A stretch of DNA of 64,000 nucleotides from Anthoceros angustus (Eukaryota > Plantae > Anthocerotophyta). Positions 1 through 13,040 of this stretch are shown piece after piece. The stretch's first letter is position 1. Each line of letters starts with the position of its first letter. Below the pieces are notes generated by a model. The model was not told where the DNA came from. It was given only the letters and a program-made list of their open reading frames with translations, and made no database searches. The DNA lies in the NCBI GenBank assembly GCA_010909165.1, contig MU008178.1:322369-386368 (forward strand). Reading direction: 5' to 3'. A program made the translations under genes and the position numbers.

Positions 1-414
1 TGATCCGATTCAAACACGGCTGATTTATGGTTGTTTATTAATGGACAAGCGGTTGGTTATTGGCCGACATCAATATTTGATGGCTTTCTTTCTCTTGAAC
101 TATTTAATCACGGAATGGGAGGCAACCTTGGTATGACAAGTAAATATTCGCAAGTCATGTTGGGAAATGGGAGACTAGGGATGATGCTCATGGTCCAAGA
201 GGTTGGTGTGAGTGTCTGGCCTATCAAAAACGCTTGATGTATTTGATGAAGGATGACAAGAATAACATCGATTCCAAATTTCCTTGATAGAATAGTAATC
301 CATTCAACTTATGAAGACAATTGGAATGGAAAATCATTCTATGTTCCGATCATAAACAATATTCTTCCCGTATCTGGTTTTTTTTGGTGGGCGAGTGGTT
401 CGAGGATACCTTAG
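1..414 (+). CDS. Neprosin-like gene, last exon only (copy truncated by window start)
   Basis: DSNTADLWLFINGQAVGYWPTSIFDG...MLGNGRLG...FFGG, ending at TAG 412-414. Matches the DUF239 C-terminal pattern (WWL..G..VGYWP..IF; MGSG; YGGP). Confidence 0.8.
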
Positions 415-1145
415 TCTCAAATCTTCCTCTTATGAAGCTAGTGAAGATACGGATGCATTTATGGAAGAAGTGCTATGAGAGAGAAACCCTTGAACCTTTG
501 TCTATCTTTTATATTGTAGCAATGTCTTTTAAAATTTTTTTTCGTTAACGAACCGATATAGGATCGGGGATTGTGATTCTAACGTCGTAACAATCCTTGT
601 CCACATGTCATCCAGCAAATTTCTGATTTTGAAGAAACTCCTCTATACCCCACCCGGCTTAGCCGCAAGGCCCAATGCGTGCGTTGGAGCCACAGTGGTA
701 AGACAAACAATCCACAACGTACCTCCGCATTAAATCCGAACGGACTTCAACACCTAGTTGGTCCAAGTCACTCCCACGCAATTTATGGGAAGCGGTGTTA
801 AGGATAGTTTTGAATGTCTAACAACAACCCATCACAAACCTCCCACCGAACCCTTGCAGCAGATTTCAAGAGACTCCGGGAAAATGAGTGTGATGCACGA
901 GTTATGTCAATGCAGGGCTTGACGGAGAATCAATCACGTTCTTGAATGTCAAGGCCGGAATGAGGCGGGACCAAAGAACTAAGGATGGACTATTTCACAA
1001 AGTTCAAAAAGCGTTGAAGTAAATATGGCGAAATAAACTTGGGCTCCAAATGAATCAAGGTCCCCATGCTCGCAAGAGATGTGTCTTCGGTTCAGCAGCC
1101 ACCCTTTGTGCCCTTCACTAGATAGAAGGTTGACCTAAAGCAATT

Positions 1146-1560
1146 CTAGTCAAATTGTTTAGTCTGGCATTCAAGCCGATGGGAGTGGACCAGCGGTGAT
1201 GTGCAAAGGGTATCGTGCCACTCACCTTCACTATCTCGGTCGAGAATGAGGAAGGTTGTAGGCAACCAACACACGAAATGGAAAGCACAACGACTTATCA
1301 TACAACTAGGTAGAGCCCGTATAATGTGATGACAAATGGGCACAATCACCTTAAAAGGGTCTCCTCTCAATGACCGCACGTAAAGGGAATTTTTCATACC
1401 ACGACCTTGCAACATAGCACATGCTGCGTTAGATTGTTGCAAACTACATATCTTTGTTGACTGGTAAATCCACCATCAAAGTAACATACCTCCAACGCCA
1501 CATCCCAAAGACGCCTCGTGTGTGCACAGCAAATACGTCGACATTCTCCTCACAACTTCA
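1146..1560 (-). pseudogene. Possible degenerate RNase H-like retroelement remnant in the array spacer (present in every unit)
   Basis: Minus-strand translation VCYFDGGF...QQSNAACAML..GMKNSLYVRSLRGDPFKVI loosely resembles RNase HI motifs (YFDG; NNxAEYxAL; GDSxLV). Similarity is weak. Confidence 0.3.
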
Positions 1561-2922
1561 TGTGATTGTAATGCCTTCCATTCATATAGTAAGGCGTGTG
1601 TAATTACATTTATTAGGGAGCCATGTCAAACATCATATGCAATATGCCATCCACAAGCAGATGTTGCCGTCGTGCAACCAATCAAATTCGGATGATACGT
1701 TTAGATTTCTTACATCTTCTCTCCAACCACCTCATCCGCAAGGACCTCAAATTAAGATACCTTCGTCTCACTTGGTCCCCATTTCAAAAGGAGGAGTTTT
1801 GTGTCAATCCTCCTTTTGGTTTCTCGACTGTGCCGCTATCAACTTAGTTCTCTTCTTTCCTTCAAACTCCAGAACTCAATTTAGTTAATTGTTAGCTCGC
1901 ATCACCTCGGGATTGAGGCGGGTGCGGCATGAAAGGCGTTCTTAGACGGCCGATTGATTACTGGCGGCTAGGGCTCCTCTTACCAAGATGGGCTGTTAAT
2001 CGGATATTAGCTAGATAGTTCTATAATGAGGAGAAAGATTTAGGCAAATGTTTCTTGATGTGAGACGATTCCTATCACGGAGTCTTTTAGATAGACTTGA
2101 CGGTCACCTATAATCTATCGGGTTGGATAATCGAAATGAGCAACTTTTGTGTCTAGTTTTGTCGCTTTGCAAATAGGTTACAACTTTTCATCCATGAAAG
2201 ATGGCTTGATTACGTGGTGCAAGTATGCGTGCGAGACATGGTCATAGATACCACCAAACCTAATTGAAGAGATCACAAGATCTCAACGCAAATGGAGATC
2301 AATGTCATGAGTTTTCACCTTCGTCTTGTGACTTTGCCTCCAGTTTGAGTGGATCATGCTACCGCTAATTGTATTTTTGATCCAACTTTGGAACTCCCAC
2401 AATAGAGAACCTTGGGAAAGATGATTAATCAGAACAAAGGTCTTGAACAATTTGGGGTACATCAATATAGTTAGTTGTGATGGACTTGGATCATGTGATT
2501 GATAACCCTCATCCAATGATTTTTTGTGTTTTTAATATTATTTTAACATTATCGCTCCCAATTCCAAACCCACTCGCCAAAGAAAAAAGAAGATGGTCTT
2601 TTATGCCTGAAACATATTGTACTCAATATTTAATTAAATATTAAATATATTTATTATCGAGAGTTTGGAATGGAGAAGGCTATATATATGTAGACTTGCA
2701 GTCTTAAGTCCTCATCCTTTTCAAAGTCTGGGGATAAGGTATATGATTATTTGTGATAGAAAATAGAATTGTCACCATGTTTGTTTGGTTACTTGTATGC
2801 TTGTTTAATGTGTCCATATTGTATCACAATGGAGTTGTGATGGCAAACATATTGAGTCTACCCCTTGGATGATGCCAACTTCCTCTTAACCAATTTTCAA
2901 AGGCCATTCCTCGAATCGCATA

Positions 2923-4632
2923 ATGTATTCCACTTGTTCTACTTTATATTTGTTTGATCCAATAGTCATTCATCAATGTGCATGTGATTATACAAACGAT
3001 ATTTCTTTTGTTTTCAATGGAGTGATTATGCATGTGGAATGACGATAATTCTTTGGTGAGTGTCCTGCGCTTTCGGATGGTACAATCGTGAGATTGCGTG
3101 AAGATAGAAGATCAATTAACGTTACAACATCCACTTTTTGAAGGACATGTTATACAAGTATGTATTTATATTCAAGTTACAAGTCATTCTTGTAATCAAC
3201 AATATCTAGAACATTCAAGTATGGATATTAATATAGTTTTGTTTTTGAAACCACCGGTTTCACTAAGACATAATTATGTGGAGTCCACGAATGTCAAACG
3301 TGCAATCCAAATTTATGAACAAGAAGTGGGTTCATGTCCAAAAGGTACCATTCCAATTCAAAGGTTCACTTACGAGCAAATGAATAGAAGTATAGAAGTG
3401 AAGAGGAGAGTCGACATAAGTCGCGAGGTGAAGAGGAGAGTCGACAATGGACGGAGGTCTCTCCTCATGTTGAAGATGATGGCTTTTATTTTGAGGTATA
3501 CTATTCATGGTCCACATTCCATTTTGTTTACACTTAAGGGTATTTGCACCGATACTAATGAGGATAAATTTGCAGTGATACTAAATATGAATTGACTCGT
3601 ATGTTTATGTGAGATACAGCCGTATATACGTACAACAACAAGACTACTTTTATGGAGTCAGTGCGGTGATTAGCATTTGGGATCCAGTTGTGAGAGAGGT
3701 CCAAATGATTTCTCAAGCTCATATATTCGCCTTGAAAGCCGGAGACTATGGCGAATATAATGGTGTTGATATTGGATGGCATGTAAGTCAAAAGGGTATA
3801 GTATTTGTTTGTTTTTATAAGCGCAAATGATACATGTACTTATTTTTCTCGCTTGTTGCAATTGCAGAAATTTCCATTTTGTATTCAAATGACCTCTACC
3901 TCGTTTGTACATTGGATATAAGGTTAGTTCATACACTCATGTGCGTTCCTATATTTAATTATATTATTTTGAAAATCAGTTGGGTTCCAAACAACAATCC
4001 TTTCATCTTATATGTGTCCATGTACAACGGGTGTTTTAACTTGTTTTGCGCTGGGTTTGTGCAAACTAATCCGCATTTGTGTTCGTGGTGCTTTCCTCAT
4101 GATTATGAGGGACAACTATAAATGCTCGGATAAGCAAAGTAAGTATAACAATCTTTTATCAACAATTAGACAACAAAATGGACTTATTGACTCTCCATAC
4201 TCATTCTTAGTTTGGACAATGTGATCCAGATTCAAACACGGCTGATTTATGGTTGTTTATTAATGGACAAGCGGTTGGTTATTGGCCGACATCAATATTT
4301 GATGGCTTTCTTTCTCTTGAACTATTTAATCACCGGAATGGGAGGCAACCTTGGTATGACAAGTAAATATTCGCAAGTCATGTTGGGAAATGGGAGACTA
4401 GGGACGGATGCTCATGGTCCAAAGACAGTTGGTGGAGTGTACGCCTATCAAAAAGCTTGATGTATTTGATGAAGGATGACAAGAATAACATCGATTCCAA
4501 ATTTCCTTGATAGAATAGTAATCCATTCAACTTATGAAGACAATTGGAATGGAAAATCATTCTATGTTCCATTGTAAACAATATTCTTCACAGTATGGTT
4601 TTTTTTGGTGGGCGAGTGGTTCGATACCTTAG
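2923..4632 (+). CDS. Neprosin-like (DUF4409 activation peptide + DUF239) spliced gene, copy 1
   Basis: Exons read DGTIVDCVKIEDQLTLQHPLFEGHVIQ|gtatgt; KPP...GSCPKGTIPIQR...FE|gtatac; YFYGVSAVISIWDPVV...GVDIGWH|gtaagt; PRLYIGYK|gttagt; YNGCFNLFCAGFVQTNP...|gtaagt; GYWPTSIF. The start codon is uncertain. Small frameshifts are probably read errors. Confidence 0.85.
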
Positions 4633-7127
4633 TCTCAAATCTTCCTCTTATGAAGCTAGTGAAGATACGGATGCATTTATGGAAGAAGTGCTATGAGAGA
4701 AACCCTTGAACCTTTGTCTATCTTTTATATTGTAGCAATGTCTTTTAAAATTTTTAGATTAAGCCGATATAGGATCGAGTTGTGATTCTAACGTCGTAAC
4801 AATCCTTGTCCACATGTCATCCAGCAAATTTCTGATTTTGAAGAAACTCCTCTATACCCCACCGCCCACGCAAGGCCCAATGCCGTGCGTTGGAGCCCAC
4901 GTGGTAAGACAAACAATCCACACAACCTCCGTTAAATCCGAGCGGACTTCAACACCTAGTTGGTCCAAGTCACTCCCACGCAATTTATGGGAAAGCGGTG
5001 TTAAGGATAGTTTTGAATGTCTAACAACAACCCATCACAAACCTCCCCACCGAACCCTTGCAGTGATTTCAAGAGACTCCGGGAAAATGAGTGTGATGCA
5101 AAGTTATGTCAACGCGATGGGGCTTGACAGCGAGAATCAATCACGTTCTTGAATGTCAAGGCCGGAATGGCGGGACCAAAGAACTAAGGATGGACTATTT
5201 CACAAAGTTCAAAAAGCGTTGAAGTAAATATGGCGAAATAAACTTGGGCTCCAAATGAATCAAGGTCCCATGCTCGCAAGAGATGTGTCCTGTTACGCTT
5301 GGCCACCCTTTGTGCCCTTCACTAGATAGAAGGTTGACCTAAAGCAATTCTAGTCAAATTGTTTAGTCACAACGCATTAAGCCAGTAGGGAGTGGACCAG
5401 CGTAGCGGATCGCATAAAGGGTATCGTGCCACTCACCTTCACTATCTCGGGTCGAGAATGAGGAAGGTTGTAGGCAACCAACACACGAAATGGAAAGCTG
5501 CACAAAACGACTTATCATACAACTAGGTAGAGCCCGTATAATGTGATGACAAATGGGCACAATCACCTTAAAAGGGTCTCCTCTCAATGACCGCACGTAA
5601 AGGGAATTTTTCATACCACGACCTTGCAACATAGCACATGCTGCGTTAGATTGTTGCAAACTACATATGCTTTGTTGACTGGTAAATCCACCATCAAAGT
5701 AACATACCTCCAACGCCACATCCCAAAGACGCCTCCTCGTGCGCAAATAAATCTGACATTCTCCTCACAACTTCATGTGATTATGTAATGCCTTCCATTC
5801 ATATAGTAAGAGCTGTAAGATCTACGGTGGGAGCCATGTCAAACATCATATGCAATATGCCATCCACAAACAGATGTTGCCGTCGTGCAACCAATCAAAT
5901 TCGGATGATACGTTTAGATTTCTTGCATCTTCTCTCCAACCACCTCATCCGCAAGGACCTCAAATTAAGATACCTTCGTCTCACTTGGTCCCCATTTCAA
6001 AAGGAGGAGTTTTGTGTCAATCCTCCTTTTGGTTTCTCAGCCCGCTATCAACTTAGTTTTCTTCTTTCCTTCAAACTCGTAAACTCAATTTAGTTAATTG
6101 TTAGCTCGCATCACCTCGGGATTGAGGCTGGGTGCGGCATGAAAGGCGTTCTTAGGACGACGCGATTCGGTGTCTGGCTGCTCTCTTACCAAGATGGTAC
6201 ATTAATCGGATATTAGCTAGATAGTTCTATAATGAGGGAGAAAGATTTAGGCAAATGTTTCGATGTGAGACGATTCCTATCACGAGTCTTTTAGATAGAC
6301 TTGACAGTCCGCTATAATCTATCGTTGGATAATCGAAATGAGCAACTTTTGTGTCTAGTTTGTCGTTTTGCAAATAGGTTACAACTTTTCACATCCCGTG
6401 AAAGATGGCTTGATTACGATCGTGGTGCAAGTATGCGTGCGAGACATGGTCATAGATACCACCAAACCTAATTGAAGAGATCACAAGATCTCAACGCAAA
6501 TGGAGATCAATGTCATGAGTTTTCACCTTCGTCATCGGACTTTGCCTCAGTTTGAGTGGATCATGCTACCGCTAATTGTATTTTTGATCCAACTTTGGAA
6601 CTCCCACAATAGAGAACCTTGGGAAAGATGATTAACTGTAACAAAGGTCTTGAACAATTTGGGGTACATCAATATAGTTAGTTGTGATGGACTTGGATCA
6701 TGTGATTGATAACCCTCATCCAATGATTTTTTTGTGTTTTTAATATTATTTTAACATTATCGCCCAATTCCAAACCCAATTCGCCAAAGAAAAAAGAAGA
6801 TGGTCTTTTATGCAGAAACATATTGTACTCAATATTTAATTAAATATTAAATATATTTATTATCGAGTTTGGAATGGAGAAGGCTATATATATGTAGACT
6901 TGGTCTTAAGTCCTCATCCTTTTCCAAAAGGTCTGGGGATAAGGTATATGATTATTTGTGATAGAAAATAGAATTGTCACCATGTTTGTTTGGTTACTTG
7001 TATGCTTGTTTAATGTGTCCATATTGTATCACAATGGAGTTGTGATGGCAAACATATTGGAGTCTACCCTTGGATGATGCCAACTTCCTCTTAACCAATT
7101 TTCAAAGGCCATTCCTCGAATCGCATA

Positions 7128-8827
7128 ATGTATTCCACTTGTTCTACTTTATATTTGTTTGATCCAATAGTGCTCATCAATGTGCATGTGATTATACAAA
7201 CGATATTTCTTTTGTTTTCAATGGAGTGATTATGCATGTGGACGACGATAATTCTTTGGTGAGTGTCCTGCGACTTTCGGATGGTACAATCGTAGATTGC
7301 GTGAAGATAGAAGATCAATTAACGTTACAACATCCACTTTTTGAAGGACATGTTATACAAGTATGTATTTATATTCAAGTTACAAGTCATTCTTGTAATC
7401 AACAATATCTAGAACATTCAAGTATGGATATTAATATAGTTTTGTTTTTGAAACCACCAGTTTCACTAAGACATAATTATGTGGAGTCCACGAATGTCAA
7501 ACGTGCAATCCAAATTTATGAACAAGAAGTGGGTTCATGTCCAAAAGGTACCATTCCAATTCAAAGGTTCACTTACGAGCAAATGAATAGAAGTATAGAA
7601 GTGAAGAGGAGAGTCGACATAAGTCGCGAGGTGAAGAGGAGAGTCGATGGACGGAGGTCTCTCCTCATGTTGAAGATGATGGCTTTTATTTGAGGTATAC
7701 TATTCATGGTCCACATTCCATTTTGTTTACACTTAAGGGTATTTGCAAATACTAATGAGGATAAATTTGCACGGTGATACTAAATATGAATTGACTCGTA
7801 TGTTTATGTGAGATACAGCCATACTGTACAACAACAAGACTACTTTTATGGAGCTGGTCGGTGATTAGCATTTGGGATCCAGTTGTGAGAGAGGTCCAAA
7901 TGATTTCTCAAGCTCATATATTCGTCTTGAAAGCCGGGAGACTATGGCGAATATAATGGTGTTGATATTGGATGGCATGTAAGTCAAAAGGGTATAGTAT
8001 TTGTTTGTTTTTATAAGCATAAATGATACATGTACTTATTTTTCTCGCTTGTTGCAATTGCAGAAATTTCCATTTTGTATTCAAATGACCCTCTACCTCG
8101 TTTGTACATTGGATATAAGGTTAGTTCATACATGTGCGTTCCTATATTTAATTATATTATTTTGAAAATCAGTTGGGTTCCAAACAACAATCCTTTCATC
8201 TTATATGGGTCCATGTACAAGGGTGTTTTAACTTGTTTTCTTATTTGGGTTTTGCAAACTAATCCCATTTTGTGTTCGGTGGTGCTTTCCTCACGATTAT
8301 GAGGGGACAACTATAAATGCTCGAGATAAGCAAAGTAAGTATAACAATCTTTTATCAACAATTAGACAACAAAATGGACTTATTGACTCTCCATACTCAT
8401 TCTTAGTTTGGACAATGTGATCCGTGATTCAAACACGGCTGATTTATGGTTGTTTATTAATGGACAAGCGGTTGGTTGTTGACATCAATATTTGATGGCT
8501 TTCTTTCTCTTGAACTATTTAATCACGGAATGGGAGGCAACCTTGGTATGACAAGTAAATATTCGTCATGTTGGGAAATGGGAGACTAGGGATGATGCTC
8601 ATGGTCCAAAGACAAAGTTGGTGACAGAGTGTACCGCCTATCAAAAACGGCTTGATGTATTTGATGAAGGATGACAAGAATAACATCGATTCCAAATTTC
8701 CTTGATAGAATAGTAATCCATTCAACTTATGAAGACAATTGGAATGGAAAATCATTCTATGTTCCATTGCATAAAACAATATTCTTCCCGGTATCCGGTT
8801 TTTTGGTGGGGTGGTTCGATACCTTAG
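7128..8827 (+). CDS. Neprosin-like gene, copy 2
   Basis: Same exon motifs as copy 1 (ORFs 7226..7693, 8030..8302, 8671..9141). Confidence 0.82.
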
Positions 8828-11333
8828 TCTCAAATCTTCCTCTTATGAAGCTAGTGAAGATACGGATGCATTTATGGAAGAAGTGCTATGAGAGAGAAAC
8901 CCTTGAACCTTTGTCTATCTTTTATATTGTAGCAATGTCTTTTAAAATTTTTAGATTAGCTAACCGATATAGGATCGATTGTGATTCTAACGTCGTAACA
9001 ATCCTTGTCCACATGTCATCCAGCAAATTTCTGATTTTGAAGAAACTCCTCTATACCCCACGGCTTAGCCCACGCAAGGCCCAATGCGTGCGTTGGAGCC
9101 AAGTGGTAAGACAAACAATCCACACAACGCCTCCGCATTAAATCAGAACGGACTTCAACACCTAGTTGGTCCAAGTCACTCCCACGCAATTTATGGGAAG
9201 CGGTGTTAAGGATAGTTTTGAATGTCTAACAACCCATCACAAACCTCCCCACCCGCCCCTTGCAGTGATTTCAAGAGACTCAGGAAAATGAGTGTGATAT
9301 GAAGTTATGTCAACGCAATGGGCTTGACAGTAGAATCAATCACGTTCTTGAATGTCAAGGGAATGACGAGGCGAGGACCAAAGAACTAAGGATGGACTAT
9401 TTCACAAAGTTCAAAAACGTTGAAGTAAATATGGCGAAATAAACTTCGGCTCCAAATGAATCAAGGTCCCATGCTCAAGAGATGTGTATCGCTGATTACC
9501 TTGGCCACCCCTTTTGTGCCCTTCACTAGATAGAAGGTTGACCTAAAGCAATTCTAGTCAAATTGTTTAGTCACAAGCGTTACCAAGCGGGAGTGGACCA
9601 GCGTGCGGATCGCAGGTGTCAGCCACTCACCTTCACTATCTCGGTCGAGAATGAGGAAGGTTGTAGGCAACCAACACACGAAATGGAAAGCCCACAAAAC
9701 GACTTATCATACAACTAGGTAGAGCCCGTATAATGTGATGACAAATGGGCACAATCACCTTAAAAGGGTCTCCTCTCAATGACCGCACGTAAAGGGAATT
9801 TTTCATACCACGACCTTGCAACATAGCACATGCCTGCTTAGATTGTTGCAAACTACATATGCTTTGTTGACCTGGTAAATCCACCATCAAAGTAACATAC
9901 CTCCAACGCCACATCCCAAAGACGCCTCCCCGTGTGTGACGCAAATACGACATTCTCCTCACAACTTCATGTGATTATGTAATGCCTTCCATTCATATAG
10001 TAAGGCGTGTGTAATTCGTTACCGTGGGAGCCATGTCAAACATCATATGCAATATGCCATCCACAAGCAGATGTTGCCGTGACGTGCAACCAATCAAATT
10101 CGGATGATACGTTTAGATTTCTTCGCACATCTTCTCTCCAACCACCTCATCCGCAAGGACCTCAAATTAAGATACCTTCGTCTCACTTGGTCCCCATTTC
10201 AAAAGGAGGAGTTTTGTGTCAATCCTCCTTTTGGTTTCTCACATGCCCGCTATCAACTTAGTTCTCTTCTTTCCTTCAAACTCGTAAACTCAATTTAGTT
10301 AATTGTTAGCTCGCATCACCTCGATTGAGGCGGGTGCGGCATGAAAGGCGTTCTTAGGCAGTGATTCGGTGTCTGGGCGGCTAGGGCTCTCTCTTACCAA
10401 GATGGTACATCGGCAGATATTAGCTAGATAGTTCTATAATGAGGAGAAAGATTTAGGCAAATGTTTCTTGATGTGAGACGATTCCTATCACGAGTCTTTT
10501 AGATAGACTTGACCATCCGGCTATAATCTATCGAGTTGGATAATCGAAATGAGCAACTTTTGTGTCTAGTTTGTCGCTTTGCAAATAGGTTACAACTTTT
10601 CACATCACATGAAAGATGGCTTGATTAAGTGGTGCAAGTATGCGGTCAGACATGGTCATAGATACCACCAAACCTAATTGAAGAGATCACAAGATCTCAA
10701 CGCAAATGGAGATCAATGTCATGAGTTTTCACCTTCGTCTTGTGACTTTGCCTCGGTTGAGTGGATCATGCTACCGCTAATTGTATTTTTGATCCAACTT
10801 TGGAACTCCACAATAGAGAACCTTGGGAAAGATGATTAATCTGTAACAAAGGTGCCGGAACAATTTGGGGTACATCAATATAGTTAGTTGTGATGGACTT
10901 GGATCATGTGATTGATAACCCTCATCCAATGATTTTTTTTGTGTTTTAATATTATTTTAACATTATCGCTCCCAATTCCAAACCCAATTCGCCAAAGAAA
11001 AAAGAAGATGGTCTTTTATGAAACATATTGTACTCAATATTTAATTAAATATTAATATATTTATTATCGAGAGTTTGGAATGGAGAAGGCTATATATATG
11101 TAGACTTGCGGTCTTAAGTCCTCATCCTTTTCCAGTCTTTGGGGATAAGGTATATGATTATTTGTGATAGAAAATAGAATTGTCACCATGTTTGTTTGGT
11201 TACTTGTATGCTTGTTTAATGTGTCCATATTGTATCACAATGGAGTTGTGATGGCAAACATATTGAGTCTACCCCTTGGATGATGCCAACTTCCTCTTAA
11301 CCAATTTTCAAAGGCCATTCCTCGAATCGCATA

Positions 11334-13040
11334 ATGTATTCCACTTGTTCTACTTTATATTTGTTTGATCCAATAGTCATTCATCAATGTGCATGTGATT
11401 ATACAAACGATATTTCTTTTGTTTTCAATGGAGTGATTATGCATGTGGAATGACGATAATTCTTTGGTGAGTGTCCTGCGACTTGGATGGTACAATCGTA
11501 GATTGCGTGAAGATAGAAGATCAATTAACGTTACAACATCCACTTTTGAAGGACATGTTATACAAGTATGTATTTATATTCAAGTTACAAGTCATTCTTG
11601 TAATCAACAATATCTAGAACATTCAAGTATGGATATTAATATAGTTTTGTTTTTACACCAGTTCACTAAGACATAATTATGTGGAGTCCACGAATGTCAA
11701 ACGTGCAATCCAAATTTATGAACAAGAAGTGGGTTCATGTCCAAAAGGTACCATTCCAATTCAAAGGTTCACTTACGAGCAAATGAATAGAAGTATAGAA
11801 GTGAAGAGGAGAGTCGACATAAGTCGCGAGGTGAAGAGGAGAGTCGACAATGGACGGAGGTCTCTCCTCATGTTGAAGATGATGGCTTTTATTTGAGGTA
11901 TACTATTCATGGTCCACATTCCATTTTGTTTACACTTAAGGGTATTTGCACCGATACTAATGAGGATAAATTTGCACGGTGATACTAAATATGAATTGAC
12001 TCGTATGTTTATGTGAGATCTGAGGCCGTATACTTCTGACAACAACAAGACTACTTTTATGGAGTAGTGCGGTGATTAGCATTTGGGATCCAGTTGTGAG
12101 AGAGGTCCAAATGATTTCTCAAGCTCATATATTCGTCTTGAAAGCCAGGAGACTATGGCGAATATAATGGTGTTGATATTGGATGGCATGTAAGTCAAAA
12201 GGGTATAGTATTTGTTTGTTTTTATAAGCGCAAATGATACATGTACTTATTTTTCTCTTGTTGCAATTGCAGAAATTTCCATTTTGTATTCAAATGACCC
12301 TCTACCTCGTTTGTACATTGGATATAAGGTTAGTTCATACACTCATGTGCGTTCCTATATTTAATTATATTATTTTGAAAATCAGTTGGGTTCCAAACAA
12401 CAATCCTTTCATCTTATGTGCGTCCATGTACAACGGGTGTTTTAACTTGTTTTGCGCTGGGTTTGTGCAAACTAATCCGGCATTTGTGTTCGTGGTGCTT
12501 TCCTCACGATTATGAGGGACAACTATAAATGCTCGAGATAAGCAAAGTAAGTATAACAATCTTTTATCAACAATTAGACAACAAAATGGACTTATTGACT
12601 CTCCATACTCATTCTTAGTTTGGACAATGTGATCCGAGATTCAAACACGGCTGATTTATGGTTGTTTATTAATGGACAAGCGGTTGGTTATTGGCCGACA
12701 TCAATATTTGATGGCTTTCTTTCTCTTGAACTATTTAATCACCGGAATGGGAGGCAACCTTGGTATGACAAGTAAATATTCGCAAGTCATGTTAGGAAAT
12801 GGGAGACTAGGGGATGATGCTCATGGTCCAGACAGGTTGGTGGAGTGTCAAGCCTATCAAAAGCAACGATGTATTTGATGAAGGATGACAAGAATAACAT
12901 CGATTCCAAATTTCCTTGATAGAATAGTAATCCATTCAACTTATGAAGACAATTGGAATGGAAAATCATTCTATATGTTCGTAAACAATATTCTTCCCGG
13001 TATCCGGTTTTTTGGTGGGCGAGTGGTTCAGATACCTTAG
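11334..13040 (+). CDS. Neprosin-like gene, copy 3
   Basis: Same exon motifs (ORFs 11681..11896, 12234..12515). Confidence 0.82.
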
